Virus record (IMG/VR): IMGVR_UViG_3300017903_000263
Span: 1-46,113 of that record
DNA length: 46,113 nucleotides
Direction: 5' to 3' (one strand)
Source: a virus
Taxonomy: Duplodnaviria; Caudoviricetes
Below the pieces are notes generated by a model that was given only the letters and a program-made list of their open reading frames with translations, did not search any database and was not told where the DNA came from. This document shows, in pieces, positions 1 through 8,837 of this stretch. The position numbers were made by a program, and so were the translations under genes. How positions within the stretch are numbered: position 1 is the stretch's first letter; each line of letters begins with the position of its first letter.

Positions 1-524
1 ATTTGTGTAGGTAGTGGGACTTTTTCTGTTATCTGTACACATGTGTTGTCAATCAGTTCATAACCAACAACCTTCTTTCTAAAACCTTCCACAAAAGATC
101 CAACAGGTTCCTGTGCCTGCTGTACCTTAGTAGGACATTCCACCTTAGCAGTAGGAACAGGTGCTTCTGTCTTAGGTGGTTTGACTTCTGGTGTTTCTGG
201 TGGGTCTGGTGTCTTAGTCTTTGGAACAGGGGCAGGTTCCGTAAGAATCATCTGTTCAGGTTCAAACTGAATAGGATTAAAACTAGGGACCCCAGAATCA
301 CAATACGTAACCAATCCTCTTTCGTCATCAGATTTGATCTGATTATTCTTTGGATTATTTGTTTCATGTGCCTCAACACATCCAGGGATGTCAACGATAG
401 GGACACCAATATTTACTGTTACTGGAGGAGCAACTGGTATGGGAGGTGAAGAGTAGTTACGAGGATCCACGATAGTGATGTCAGGTATGTCAACACCACT
501 AACACTAATTTCTTTAATTTCCAT
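1..524 (-). CDS. Pro-rich hypothetical protein, runs off the left edge of the window
   Basis: Manual translation from ATG at 524: MEIKEISVSGVDIPDITIVDPRNYSSPPIPVAPPVTVNIGVPIVDIPGCVEAH...; open to position 1; ATG overlaps the upstream TAA (TAATG). Confidence 0.75.
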   Translation of the reverse strand, partial: MEIKEISVSGVDIPDITIVDPRNYSSPPIPVAPPVTVNIGVPIVDIPGCVEAHETNNPKNNQIKSDDERGLVTYCDSGVPSFNPIQFEPEQMILTEPAPVPKTKTPDPPETPEVKPPKTEAPVPTAKVECPTKVQQAQEPVGSFVEGFRKKVVGYELIDNTCVQITEKVPLPTQ

Positions 525-637
525 TAGTCCTCAAACATCTTAAAGATACCACTCCAAATCGAATGAAAGAAGACATATAAAAAGAAAGTATCTCTTGCTT
601 CTTTCTTAATCTGTTTCTTATACGCAGACTGAGCCAT
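524..637 (-). CDS. Small hypothetical protein (37 aa)
   Basis: Manual translation MAQSAYKKQIKKEARDTFFLYVFFHSIWSGIFKMFED*; coupled to the next gene by TAATG; TTAAATA at 660-666 upstream. Confidence 0.65.
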   Translation of the reverse strand: MAQSAYKKQIKKEARDTFFLYVFFHSIWSGIFKMFED

Positions 638-686
638 AACATTTAATAACGATTTATCTTATTTAACGAAACTCACCAAACTTTAA

Positions 687-977
687 TTAAAAGCTTGGAA
701 TAGCAGGACCAGTCACGTTACCAACAGCAGGAGCACCGCCACCTACGCTAGGAGGGGCAGGAATAGCACCACCAGTTACCTCAGGTAGTTCTGGCATAGC
801 AGCGTCCAACATGCCTGGGAGGGCACCAGAGACGGCACTCACGGCAGCTTCAGTAACCTTGGTGATAGCACCCTCCACAAGGGCATCTTTTTGTGTATAC
901 AAGTAAGCACCACCCCCGATCAGACCCAAGGAGGTCAGACCAGAGAGCAGTGCAATAACGTTAATTAATTTTTGCAT
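687..977 (-). CDS. Hypothetical membrane-anchored protein
   Basis: N-terminal hydrophobic helix (LINVIALLSGLTSLGLIGGGAYLY) and Pro/Gly/Ala-rich C-terminus. Confidence 0.75.
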   Translation of the reverse strand: MQKLINVIALLSGLTSLGLIGGGAYLYTQKDALVEGAITKVTEAAVSAVSGALPGMLDAAMPELPEVTGGAIPAPPSVGGGAPAVGNVTGPAIPSF

Positions 978-1257
978 TTTCTTCCTCTTTTTTGCCGATG
1001 GATGGTGCTTTCTTAGGAGCAGAGCCGCCAGACTTTGCTGGAGAAAGTCCGAACGCAGCTAGCGATCCAGAAAACACAGATGCGATAAATGTCGGATCGA
1101 AATCTAAAATCTTTTGTCCGTTAGGAAGTCTAACGTAGGAGAATGTGAGGAGAGAAGCAGACCATATAAGTACAACAACTTTCACCAGATTACCAAGGAC
1201 TTCACTTTTATCTTCATCATGGTCTTTCTCTTCTACTGCAGGTTTTGTATCTGCCAT
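961..1257 (-). CDS. Hypothetical two-TM membrane protein
   Basis: Two hydrophobic segments (LVKVVVLIWSASLLTFSYV; FIASVFSGSLAAFGL) with charged termini; late promoter upstream. Confidence 0.75.
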   Translation of the reverse strand: MADTKPAVEEKDHDEDKSEVLGNLVKVVVLIWSASLLTFSYVRLPNGQKILDFDPTFIASVFSGSLAAFGLSPAKSGGSAPKKAPSIGKKEEENAKIN

Positions 1258-1278
1258 GTTGTAGAGAGTAAGGCAGAA

Positions 1279-1611
1279 TTATTTATTAAAGAGACCGATG
1301 AAATATTCTGCATCCACAACAACTAGTGGTTTCTTCCTATTTTTCTTCATGACTACGATAGGTTCATAGTCACCAGCATTTTCACACGCCTGTTCATATG
1401 CATCCCAGACGTTCAACCTTTCTACGTTCTTACATTCAATTGAGTGGGGAAACTTCTGTCTTGCTGCCCGTGCCATGATGAGATCTTCACCACCAGCACC
1501 CATAGACCGAGACTCAATGTCCTCTGGATGGACATCGAGCATCTCGATCAACATTTGACGAACCCACTTTTGTAAGTTTCTGCCCTTCGCTTTTGCACTC
1601 TGTGTCTTCAT
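1279..1611 (-). CDS. Putative PD-(D/E)XK endonuclease (Hjc-like)
   Basis: KAKGR...GAGGEDLI...SIECKN pattern typical of archaeal-type Holliday junction resolvase-like nucleases. Confidence 0.65.
   Translation of the reverse strand: MKTQSAKAKGRNLQKWVRQMLIEMLDVHPEDIESRSMGAGGEDLIMARAARQKFPHSIECKNVERLNVWDAYEQACENAGDYEPIVVMKKNRKKPLVVVDAEYFIGLFNK
1280..1286 (-). promoter_or_regulatory. T4-like late promoter ATAAATA
   Basis: Overlaps the stop codon of the 1279-1611 gene, 23 nt upstream of the ATG at 1257. Confidence 0.6.
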
Positions 1612-1790
1612 TAGTCCATGTAAATTTGTCCTCTTTCCCTAATCCCACGGGTCTGGTATTTCCATTTTATTGCTTGGAGAATAAAAGCTTCTGCCAGACT
1701 GCTCGGACCCAACCTCAGTATCTGCCAGTGACTGTCTGGCAGGTCTGGGTCCTGAAGTGCTCTCTTTTTCCAGTCTGGTAGTTCTGTCAT
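1611..1790 (-). CDS. Small hypothetical protein (59 aa), not in the ORF track
   Basis: MTELPDWKKRALQDPDLPDSHWQILRLGPSSLAEAFILQAIKWKYQTRGIRERGQIYMD*; ATGA overlap with the nrdB stop and TAATG overlap with the next gene. Confidence 0.7.
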   Translation of the reverse strand: MTELPDWKKRALQDPDLPDSHWQILRLGPSSLAEAFILQAIKWKYQTRGIRERGQIYMD

Positions 1791-2971
1791 AGTTCAAAAG
1801 TTGCGAAAGTATCTTCTTCAACATCCTGTGTTATCCCTCCAATTACATAAGATTCTACTTCTGTCTCCTGTGGAGCAACTTGTAGACCCTTGGAGGACAA
1901 CCAGTGCTCGGTCCATGGAAGAGGGTTGTTGTTAAGAGGAACATCAAAGATTGGTTTGAGACCAATTGATTTCATTCTGCGGTTAGCAGTCCACTCAACA
2001 TACTTTTGTAGTAGTTTGGCGTTAAGACCAATCATAGAACCATCTTTAAACAGATAGTCTGCCCAGATAGTCTCTTCTTCTACACACTTTCTGAACATAT
2101 CATAGACGTTTTGCTCCTCTTCCTTAGCAATCTCTACGATGTCAGGATCATCACCACTACGCCACTTGTTAAGAATGTTCTGGGTGATGGTCATGTGCTG
2201 AGATTCATCTCTCGCGATGAGAGAAATGATCTTGGCGTTGCCTTCCATCAGTTTGTTCTCACCGAAGGCGAACGAACAAGCAAACGATACATAGAAACGA
2301 ATGCCTTCCAAGATGTATACGTTGGCAACTGCACGATACAACTTGCGCTTGATTTCTTTGAGTTCCCAGAGGGCAGACTCACAATCTTCAATTGCATGTT
2401 CCCATTGTTTTCCAGCACCCCACTCTTGTGCTGCTTGTAGGAACTCATCGTATGCCTTAGTGACACTGGTTGCTCTCTCAAGAATCTTATCATCGGTGAT
2501 GATTTCATCAAACACCTCAGAAGGATCTGGATATACATTCTTAATGATGTATGTGTAAGAGCGACTATGGACCATCTCCATAGTCTGCCAAATATTCATT
2601 GCACCCTCAAGCTCGGGTAAGCTGCAATAAGGCATGAAAGCCATGCCAGGACCACGACCTTGTACGGAGTCAAGCATGATCTGGTACTTAAGGTTCGACG
2701 TGAAGATGTGCTTCTGTTCTGGACGGAGTTGTTGATAATCGGCACGATCTTTTTGTAGTGAAACTTCTTCAGGTCTCCAGAAGTAACCCAGCTGTTGCTG
2801 AGTCAGTTTATCGAAGACAGGGTATTTAAAATTGTCATATCTTTGGACTCCAAGTGGAGCACCAAAGAACATATGTTGCTTAGTAGTATCCACTTGGTTC
2901 TTATTGAAGACTGTCATGCCTTCAATCTTTTTCTTATCTTCTCCACCGACTCTAAATTGCACAGCTGTCAC
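1787..2971 (-). CDS. nrdB: Ribonucleotide reductase class Ia beta subunit
   Basis: FWRPEEV, LDSVQGR, EMVHSRSY (radical Tyr), LEGIRFYVSF, RDESQH and APQETE motifs; exact start uncertain. Confidence 0.97.
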   Translation of the reverse strand: MTAVQFRVGGEDKKKIEGMTVFNKNQVDTTKQHMFFGAPLGVQRYDNFKYPVFDKLTQQQLGYFWRPEEVSLQKDRADYQQLRPEQKHIFTSNLKYQIMLDSVQGRGPGMAFMPYCSLPELEGAMNIWQTMEMVHSRSYTYIIKNVYPDPSEVFDEIITDDKILERATSVTKAYDEFLQAAQEWGAGKQWEHAIEDCESALWELKEIKRKLYRAVANVYILEGIRFYVSFACSFAFGENKLMEGNAKIISLIARDESQHMTITQNILNKWRSGDDPDIVEIAKEEEQNVYDMFRKCVEEETIWADYLFKDGSMIGLNAKLLQKYVEWTANRRMKSIGLKPIFDVPLNNNPLPWTEHWLSSKGLQVAPQETEVESYVIGGITQDVEEDTFATFEL

Positions 2972-5264
2972 ACGCTTCCTCCTCTTGGTTTAAAATTTCT
3001 TGTAGAAGATCCTCTACAGACTTCTCGTCTTCAACTTTGTCTTCGACTTCATCAGTTTTACTATCGTAGGTGTTTTGATAGTAAGAAGTCTTCCAACCAT
3101 ACTTATATGTAGTTAGAAAATCACCTGCCATGACCGATACTGGGATCTTATTTTCAGGATAATTTTCTGGATTGTAACTCCAGTTACCAGAAATTGCTTG
3201 GTCAAAGAATTTCTGCATAACAGCAACTACGTGAATGTAACCTTCGTTACTCTTCATGTCCCACAGGAGGGTGTAATTATTCTTTAGTGTGTTGTATTGC
3301 GGAACAATCTGCTTAATAGGTCCCTTCTTCGATTTTTTAATGGACAAGTAGTCTCTAGGTGGTTCGATTCCGTTGGTTTCGTTTGACACAACGGAACTGC
3401 TCTCCGAAGGCATCTGTGCGGACAATGTGCTGTGTCGCAATCCGTGTTCTGCGATAGAAGAGCGTAGACTATCCCAATCACAATTCAGTCCTCCTGCGAT
3501 TTGATCGACTTCAGACTTGTAAGTGTCGATTGGGAGGATACCATCTGCATACTTGGTGCGATCGTAGTATCCACACTTTCCTTTTTCTTTTGCCAACTGG
3601 TTACTGGCTCTGAGTAGATTGTACTGGAAGGACTCAGTAAGGTCATGGACGATTTTCCATGCTGCTGGGTCATCGTATTTAACTCCTTGCTTTGCTAGGT
3701 AGTGAGCAAGACCAATGTAACCAACTCCAAGACTACGGCGGTTCTTTGTGCTGAGTTCTGCTGCTTTGACTGGATAGTTCTGATAGTCAATCAGTTCTTC
3801 TAGACCACGAACAGCAAGATCACACAATTCTTCCATGTCATCCAGTGTCTTTAGTTTTCCTACGTTGACAGCAGACAAGATACACAGAGCAATCTCACCA
3901 AACTCATCATCAATGTGCTCGATTGGATTGGTGGGAAGTGTAATCTCTTGACAGAGGTTGGACATACTCACCTTGTCCTTGAAGGACGAGTGTGAATTGC
4001 AATGGTCGATGTTCATGATATATAGACGACCAGTCTCAGCACGTTCTTTTAAGAGTGCAAAAGTAAGTTCTTGAGCACCAATAGATCGCTTCGGAATTGA
4101 TCCATCAGATTCATACTCGCGATAGAGATCATCGAACTCAGGAGTACCAAAAGCATTATACAGACCAGGAACGTCGTGTGGACTGAAGAGTGTGATGTCT
4201 TCGTTTTTAATGAATCGTTCATAGAACAACTTGGAGGTTTGAATGGAGTAATCTAGTTTGCGAACACGATTGTCTTCGGTTCCTTTGTTGTTCTTCAGGA
4301 CAATGATGTCTTCGATTTCTTGGTGCCAGATTGGGAAGTGGACAGTTGCTGATCCACCACGGATGCCATTTTGAGTGCAGCATCTGACAGTGCTCTCAAA
4401 CTTTTTGAGGAATGGAATAACACCTGTGTGCGCGACTTCTCCACCTCGGATTTTACTGTTGACGCCACGGATTCTGCCTGCGTTGATGCCGATTCCCGCA
4501 CGTTGTGCAACGTATTTGCCAATTGCCATATCACTGCTAAAGATAGAATCGAGGGTGTCATTGCTATCAATAAGAACACAGCTAGCAAATTGTCGAAGTG
4601 GAGTTCGCACTCCTGCCATGATAGGTGTGGGAATGTTGATTTTGTGTTTGCTGATTGCGTTGTAGTATCGTCGGACATAATCGAGTCTAGTTGCTAGTGG
4701 ATAATCTGAGAACAGAGTCATAGCAATGAACAGGTACATGTACTGAGGTGTCTCGTACACTTCCCCGTTACTACGATCTTGGACAAGATACTTATCAACT
4801 ACTTGACGGAGACCTGCATAAGAAAACAGGTAGTCTCTGTCATGATCGATCCACGTATTGATCTTTGCCCAGTCCTCGTCACTATACTTATCTAGCAGTT
4901 CTTCATCGTAAACCTTGTTAACTGTCGCATTATATAATGCTACATCATATGGTGTCGGCATACCATCTTGCCATACAGACTTGTTGAAGACCTGCTTGCG
5001 TAGACCAAACAGGAGCAAACGAGCAGCAACATACTGATAGTTTGGATTGTCTAGACTGATCAAATCACTGGCAGAACGAATCAAGATCTCTTGGATGTTC
5101 TCTGTGGTGATACCATCATGGAACTGAATATTGGAATGCATCTCCACCTGACTCGCAGAGACACCTGAGAGACCCTCTGTTGCCTCCTCAACCATCTTGT
5201 GAATCTTTTCAAGGTTGAGGGGTTCGATAGACCCGTCGCGCTTCTCTACGTTGATTGTGCTCAT
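2952..5264 (-). CDS. nrdA: Ribonucleotide reductase class Ia alpha subunit
   Basis: N-terminal ATP cone (VEKRDG), PTPIMAG, SCVL, SNLCQEI, C-terminal CDSC; start taken at MSTINV (ATGA overlap with primase). Confidence 0.97.
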   Translation of the reverse strand: MSTINVEKRDGSIEPLNLEKIHKMVEEATEGLSGVSASQVEMHSNIQFHDGITTENIQEILIRSASDLISLDNPNYQYVAARLLLFGLRKQVFNKSVWQDGMPTPYDVALYNATVNKVYDEELLDKYSDEDWAKINTWIDHDRDYLFSYAGLRQVVDKYLVQDRSNGEVYETPQYMYLFIAMTLFSDYPLATRLDYVRRYYNAISKHKINIPTPIMAGVRTPLRQFASCVLIDSNDTLDSIFSSDMAIGKYVAQRAGIGINAGRIRGVNSKIRGGEVAHTGVIPFLKKFESTVRCCTQNGIRGGSATVHFPIWHQEIEDIIVLKNNKGTEDNRVRKLDYSIQTSKLFYERFIKNEDITLFSPHDVPGLYNAFGTPEFDDLYREYESDGSIPKRSIGAQELTFALLKERAETGRLYIMNIDHCNSHSSFKDKVSMSNLCQEITLPTNPIEHIDDEFGEIALCILSAVNVGKLKTLDDMEELCDLAVRGLEELIDYQNYPVKAAELSTKNRRSLGVGYIGLAHYLAKQGVKYDDPAAWKIVHDLTESFQYNLLRASNQLAKEKGKCGYYDRTKYADGILPIDTYKSEVDQIAGGLNCDWDSLRSSIAEHGLRHSTLSAQMPSESSSVVSNETNGIEPPRDYLSIKKSKKGPIKQIVPQYNTLKNNYTLLWDMKSNEGYIHVVAVMQKFFDQAISGNWSYNPENYPENKIPVSVMAGDFLTTYKYGWKTSYYQNTYDSKTDEVEDKVEDEKSVEDLLQEILNQEEEACDSCAI

Positions 5265-6250
5265 ACCTTTTTCCATTCGTTCAGTTTAAGTTGTGCTTCT
5301 AGTCCTGAGTAAGTATTAGATTCTACCAGAGATTGAACGTCATGTCCAGCAAGTGCCATATCGTTCAGATCTTTTTGTTGAATATGCTTGGGAAAGATGA
5401 CTACCTTATTTCCCCCATCGATCGTTGCCTTAATTTTAGCAACAATCTCTCTGCTTCGTGGTTCGTTGTCGTAGGTGTATACAAACTGATAATCCATAGA
5501 GCGGAGGTCAACATCGCTACCACACATAGCAATAGCGTTGGCAATGAAATGACTGTCAAAGGGTCCTTCGGTGACATATACGGGTTGCGAGGGGTCAATA
5601 CGATCTAAACCATACACCTTAGGTTTATCATCGTCAAGCATAATTGTGATGTATCGTATCTTTGCCTTTGGGGCAAGAGATCTCCCTTGGTAACCAAACA
5701 TGTTACCATCTTTATCCTTTAGTGGGATTATAATTCGAGGACTATCTTGTCTCAGATTGTCAAACGTCTTCTTCTGATTGTTAGTCCACGCCTTGAATTT
5801 GGGGCAATAGTAAAAACTATCTAAGTCTTCAATTTTTCTATTCTCTAGATATTGTCTCGCTGGGTGAGAACTATTTAGTGCAGAAATAGGTTGCAACCCT
5901 GTGTCTTTTGATGCTTTAAACACAGGTTTTTTGAAGTTGAACTTTGGTTCTGGAGTCTGAGAATTTTTCCCAGTCAAACCCTCTCGATATCGTTCCATGA
6001 CATACTGATCATGGAGATACGATGCCTGATCTTTCAGAAAGTTTGTAAAAGTTCTGCCTACTCCGCAGTTGTGGCACTTGTAAACAAAGTCGTTCTTAAC
6101 TTTGAATAGATACCCACGAGCTTTGTTCTTGTGTTTTCTAGAGTCGCCACAATAAGGGCAACGAAAATTGTACGTTCTATCATTCTTCTTAGTAAACTTG
6201 TCCAGTTGCGGAGATACTAGACTGATATACTTTGTGTCAAGATAACTCAC
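5261..6250 (-). CDS. gp61: DNA primase (T4 gp61)
   Basis: Zn finger CPYCGD...CHNC; TOPRIM motifs EGPFD and YDNEPR. Confidence 0.95.
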   Translation of the reverse strand: MSYLDTKYISLVSPQLDKFTKKNDRTYNFRCPYCGDSRKHKNKARGYLFKVKNDFVYKCHNCGVGRTFTNFLKDQASYLHDQYVMERYREGLTGKNSQTPEPKFNFKKPVFKASKDTGLQPISALNSSHPARQYLENRKIEDLDSFYYCPKFKAWTNNQKKTFDNLRQDSPRIIIPLKDKDGNMFGYQGRSLAPKAKIRYITIMLDDDKPKVYGLDRIDPSQPVYVTEGPFDSHFIANAIAMCGSDVDLRSMDYQFVYTYDNEPRSREIVAKIKATIDGGNKVVIFPKHIQQKDLNDMALAGHDVQSLVESNTYSGLEAQLKLNEWKKV

Positions 6251-6671
6251 GGACGGACGTACTCACTCCACCCATGATAGCACCATTCGTAGTGGGGGTC
6301 AACACCTTTATCATAGGTGGGACCACTTGTAATACTGCCACAAGGGTAGCGAGGACTGCTCCTGCACCGATAACAAAGCGGGCATTCGTATCAACTTTTT
6401 TCTGAATCGTAGTAATTCTGCCATGGATAGTTTCAGTATCTTTATCATGACGTTCTTTGATCTCCTCAAGCATTTTGAGGATTAGATCGTCAGTTTTTTC
6501 ACTTTCATCTAGTCTGTTTTCATGGCGCTCCAAAATAATAGCAATCCTATTGCTATTTTCCGAGATAGTCCCGACTGCTTTCTCAAGTTTGTCAAGCATC
6601 TCTTTGGAGAGATCTTCATAAATGTTCAGTTTGCTTTCGAGAACTGCTAATTTACCAAGACCGAATGCCAT
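6237..6671 (-). CDS. Hypothetical coiled-coil protein with C-terminal TM helix
   Basis: Heptad-rich body followed by FVIGAGAVLATLVAVLQVV. Confidence 0.75.
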   Translation of the reverse strand: MAFGLGKLAVLESKLNIYEDLSKEMLDKLEKAVGTISENSNRIAIILERHENRLDESEKTDDLILKMLEEIKERHDKDTETIHGRITTIQKKVDTNARFVIGAGAVLATLVAVLQVVPPMIKVLTPTTNGAIMGGVSTSVRELS

Positions 6672-6673
6672 GA

Positions 6674-7384
6674 TCAGACATTCCTTACTGCAAAATCAAG
6701 AGCAGACTGATAGGTAGTTGCATCTTTGTTCAGCATGTAGCGGAACTGCTGTTGCTTGGGTTCATCCAGTTGTGCATAGCAAGCAGCAATACGCTTGGCG
6801 GAGAAGTTGTCTAGGTTCTGGGAAGTTCCATCAGAAAAATCAATCTTAGCAAAGGAGGATTCGCCATTAGGATTGAGTTCCTGGGTTGCAACTTGGAGTG
6901 CAACTTCTAGTGCGTCGGTATTTTCTTGAATCATGTTAGTAGTCACTTCAGTTTCTTCTTTCTTAAGTCTCTTAGTTTGATCAGATGCTTTCTTTTTGAA
7001 GTCAGACAGACGTGCCTTCATCAAGGTGTCCATCTCCTTCGTTTTGTTCTGCATCTTTTTCTTAGCGTCTTCACGCTTTTTCTGCAGATCTTTCTGGCGA
7101 TTGAGTTTCTTACCCTGTTGGATCTGCTTCTGCGCTCTCTCAGTTTCTGAGGGCACAGCTTCAGAAATAGTTTGTGTTTCTAGTTCTTCCTTCATTTTTC
7201 TTTTGTTGATACGAGAGAGCATACTTTTCGCACCTTTAGTGCGACCATCTACCTTGTCTTGGTTGTTCTTTTTGTATTTACGAGCACCCTTAGTATTGAC
7301 AAAAACAAATGCAGGTGGCATGGCGAGACCAGCACCATTGCCAAGCATCATTTCATTTAGATTAGATTCAGTTGCTTTAGACAT
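6674..7384 (-). CDS. Hypothetical, probably virion/core-associated protein
   Basis: Start taken at MSKATES; Lys-rich helical segments separated by LNE/ISE/IQE motifs. Confidence 0.7.
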   Translation of the reverse strand: MSKATESNLNEMMLGNGAGLAMPPAFVFVNTKGARKYKKNNQDKVDGRTKGAKSMLSRINKRKMKEELETQTISEAVPSETERAQKQIQQGKKLNRQKDLQKKREDAKKKMQNKTKEMDTLMKARLSDFKKKASDQTKRLKKEETEVTTNMIQENTDALEVALQVATQELNPNGESSFAKIDFSDGTSQNLDNFSAKRIAACYAQLDEPKQQQFRYMLNKDATTYQSALDFAVRNV

Positions 7385-7713
7385 TCTTGATCTACTTTGT
7401 CGGTTAAACTTTCGGGTAGTCGATTTAAGAAAAGCATGAACGCTTTTAGGTAATTCCAATGCGTCGCCTCTATCTTATAAAAGAGTAGAGGCGTCGCAGC
7501 ATCATCAAATACATTATACATTACAATGATATGATTTAAAATAAGGTGAGTTTTGAGTTCACCAGTAGTCTCATATCGCTTGAATAAACGTTTAATATAT
7601 CTGATTCTATTTAGATCCTCTTCAAAGTCACTATACGTAACTGACTGAGGATTATTATAATTTTGAATAGCAAAGAACATCCAGTTTTCTGGAGTCAATT
7701 CATTAATGAGCAT
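7357..7713 (-). CDS. Conserved T4-like phage hypothetical protein
   Basis: FAIQNYNNP...FEEDLNRIRYIKRL...LILNHIIVMYNVF, recalled as a family widespread in T4-like marine phages. Confidence 0.8.
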   Translation of the reverse strand: MLINELTPENWMFFAIQNYNNPQSVTYSDFEEDLNRIRYIKRLFKRYETTGELKTHLILNHIIVMYNVFDDAATPLLFYKIEATHWNYLKAFMLFLNRLPESLTDKVDQECLKQLNLI

Positions 7714-7716
7714 CTA

Positions 7717-8292
7717 TCACGCAGTAGTTACAACAGCAGTATCAGAAATTACTTCTGCAGCACCAGTAGTGGTGGTGAGTTTGACTCTGTAGGATCCAGC
7801 GTCTTCCTCAGCATAGGCAGCAACATCATAGGTGGGTTGATTAGCACCGATGTTTGTCCAGCGTCTGCCAGACTTCTTCTGCCACTGATACTGAAGTGGG
7901 GAAGCATCGCCAGGAGGTGTAGCGATAGCGGCAACAGAAAGGGAGAGAACAGCACCAACAGCAACTGCTTGAGAAGCAGGTGGTGTATTAATGGTGATGA
8001 CAACAGAAACGTCTGCTGCTGCAGCATCGTCTGCCTGGGTCTCATTAGCGTTAGTATCGCCACCAGCAATGAAAACTAGTTGCTCTGCCTTATGGCGAGT
8101 GTTACCAGCACCATCAGTATAGGTGAAGTAGGACCACCAACCAGGAGCATTCAGACCGCGTGCTTTGTTCTCCGCGAGTGCTGCTTCAGTTTCATCAATA
8201 AAGAGGATTTGTTTTGCTTGGGACGATGCAGACACTCCACGACCAGCTTTGGTCTTGTTAGCATTGCTGTCCGTTCTTCCGTATAAGGACAT
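7717..8292 (-). CDS. Putative virion structural protein with C-terminal Ig-like domain
   Basis: C-terminal ITINTPPASQAV...LSVAA...YQWQK...DAGSYRV Ig pattern; perfect late promoter upstream. Confidence 0.75.
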   Translation of the reverse strand: MSLYGRTDSNANKTKAGRGVSASSQAKQILFIDETEAALAENKARGLNAPGWWSYFTYTDGAGNTRHKAEQLVFIAGGDTNANETQADDAAAADVSVVITINTPPASQAVAVGAVLSLSVAAIATPPGDASPLQYQWQKKSGRRWTNIGANQPTYDVAAYAEEDAGSYRVKLTTTTGAAEVISDTAVVTTA

Positions 8293-8324
8293 TGGATCTC
8301 CAGTAGACTGATTTATTCTAAGAT

Positions 8325-8332
8325 TATTTATA
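8325..8332 (-). promoter_or_regulatory. T4-like late promoter TATAAATA
   Basis: Exact T4 late consensus immediately after a terminator and upstream of the ATG at 8292. Confidence 0.8.
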
Positions 8333-8354
8333 AAAAAAGGGGACCGAAGTCCCC
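8332..8354 (-). terminator. Rho-independent terminator
   Basis: GGGGAC-TTCG-GTCCCC followed by T7. Confidence 0.9.
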
Positions 8355-8359
8355 GTTCT

Positions 8360-8584
8360 TCATTCAGCAGCTGCTTCGGCAGGTGCTTCGTCTCTTGCTA
8401 GAATCGCCTTCTCAACTACAGCAAGCAGTTGGTCATCGATATCAGTCTTGGTAAGTTTGACTGCTTTACGCAGGATGTGCATACAGATTTCAATCAGTTT
8501 CTCACCCAGTTCCTCATCGTCGGGGATCTTAGCAATAGCGGCATCGACAATTTTCGATGCTAGTGGAAGTAGAAAAGCGAGCAT
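8360..8584 (-). CDS. Small helical hypothetical protein
   Basis: Start MLAFLLPLASKI downstream of late promoter ATAAATA (8608-8614); KLTKTDIDDQL motif. Confidence 0.75.
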   Translation of the reverse strand: MLAFLLPLASKIVDAAIAKIPDDEELGEKLIEICMHILRKAVKLTKTDIDDQLLAVVEKAILARDEAPAEAAAE

Positions 8585-8606
8585 GATCTTATGGCAAGGT
8601 GCAAGC

Positions 8607-8837
8607 TTATTTATTCTTATTCTTGTGCTTCCACGCAGTAGCGTATGCGATGGACTTCTCATCTTTAGTGAGTTTGCCATCTTTAGCGTATGATCTCTTA
8701 ATATGTTTGATCATACGCTCATACTTTTTTCCCTTCGGTGCCTCTTCTTTGATCTTTTTCTTGCCAGGTTTTGCTGGTTTCTGATCAGGTTCGCCGTCAT
8801 CTAGTTCAGGCATCACCTCAACCACTGGCTTCTTCAC
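8607..8837 (-). CDS. Basic hypothetical protein, possible internal head protein
   Basis: Acidic leader, IKEE, then a basic module APKGKKYERMIKHIK...AYATAWK. Confidence 0.7.
   Translation of the reverse strand: MKKPVVEVMPELDDGEPDQKPAKPGKKKIKEEAPKGKKYERMIKHIKRSYAKDGKLTKDEKSIAYATAWKHKNKNK
8608..8614 (-). promoter_or_regulatory. T4-like late promoter ATAAATA
   Basis: Overlaps the stop of the 8607-8837 gene. Confidence 0.55.

Noticed and set aside
1639-1824. 61-aa minus-strand ORF from the track after nrdB
   Set aside because: The alternative frame 1611-1790 has start/stop coupling at both ends and is more protein-like
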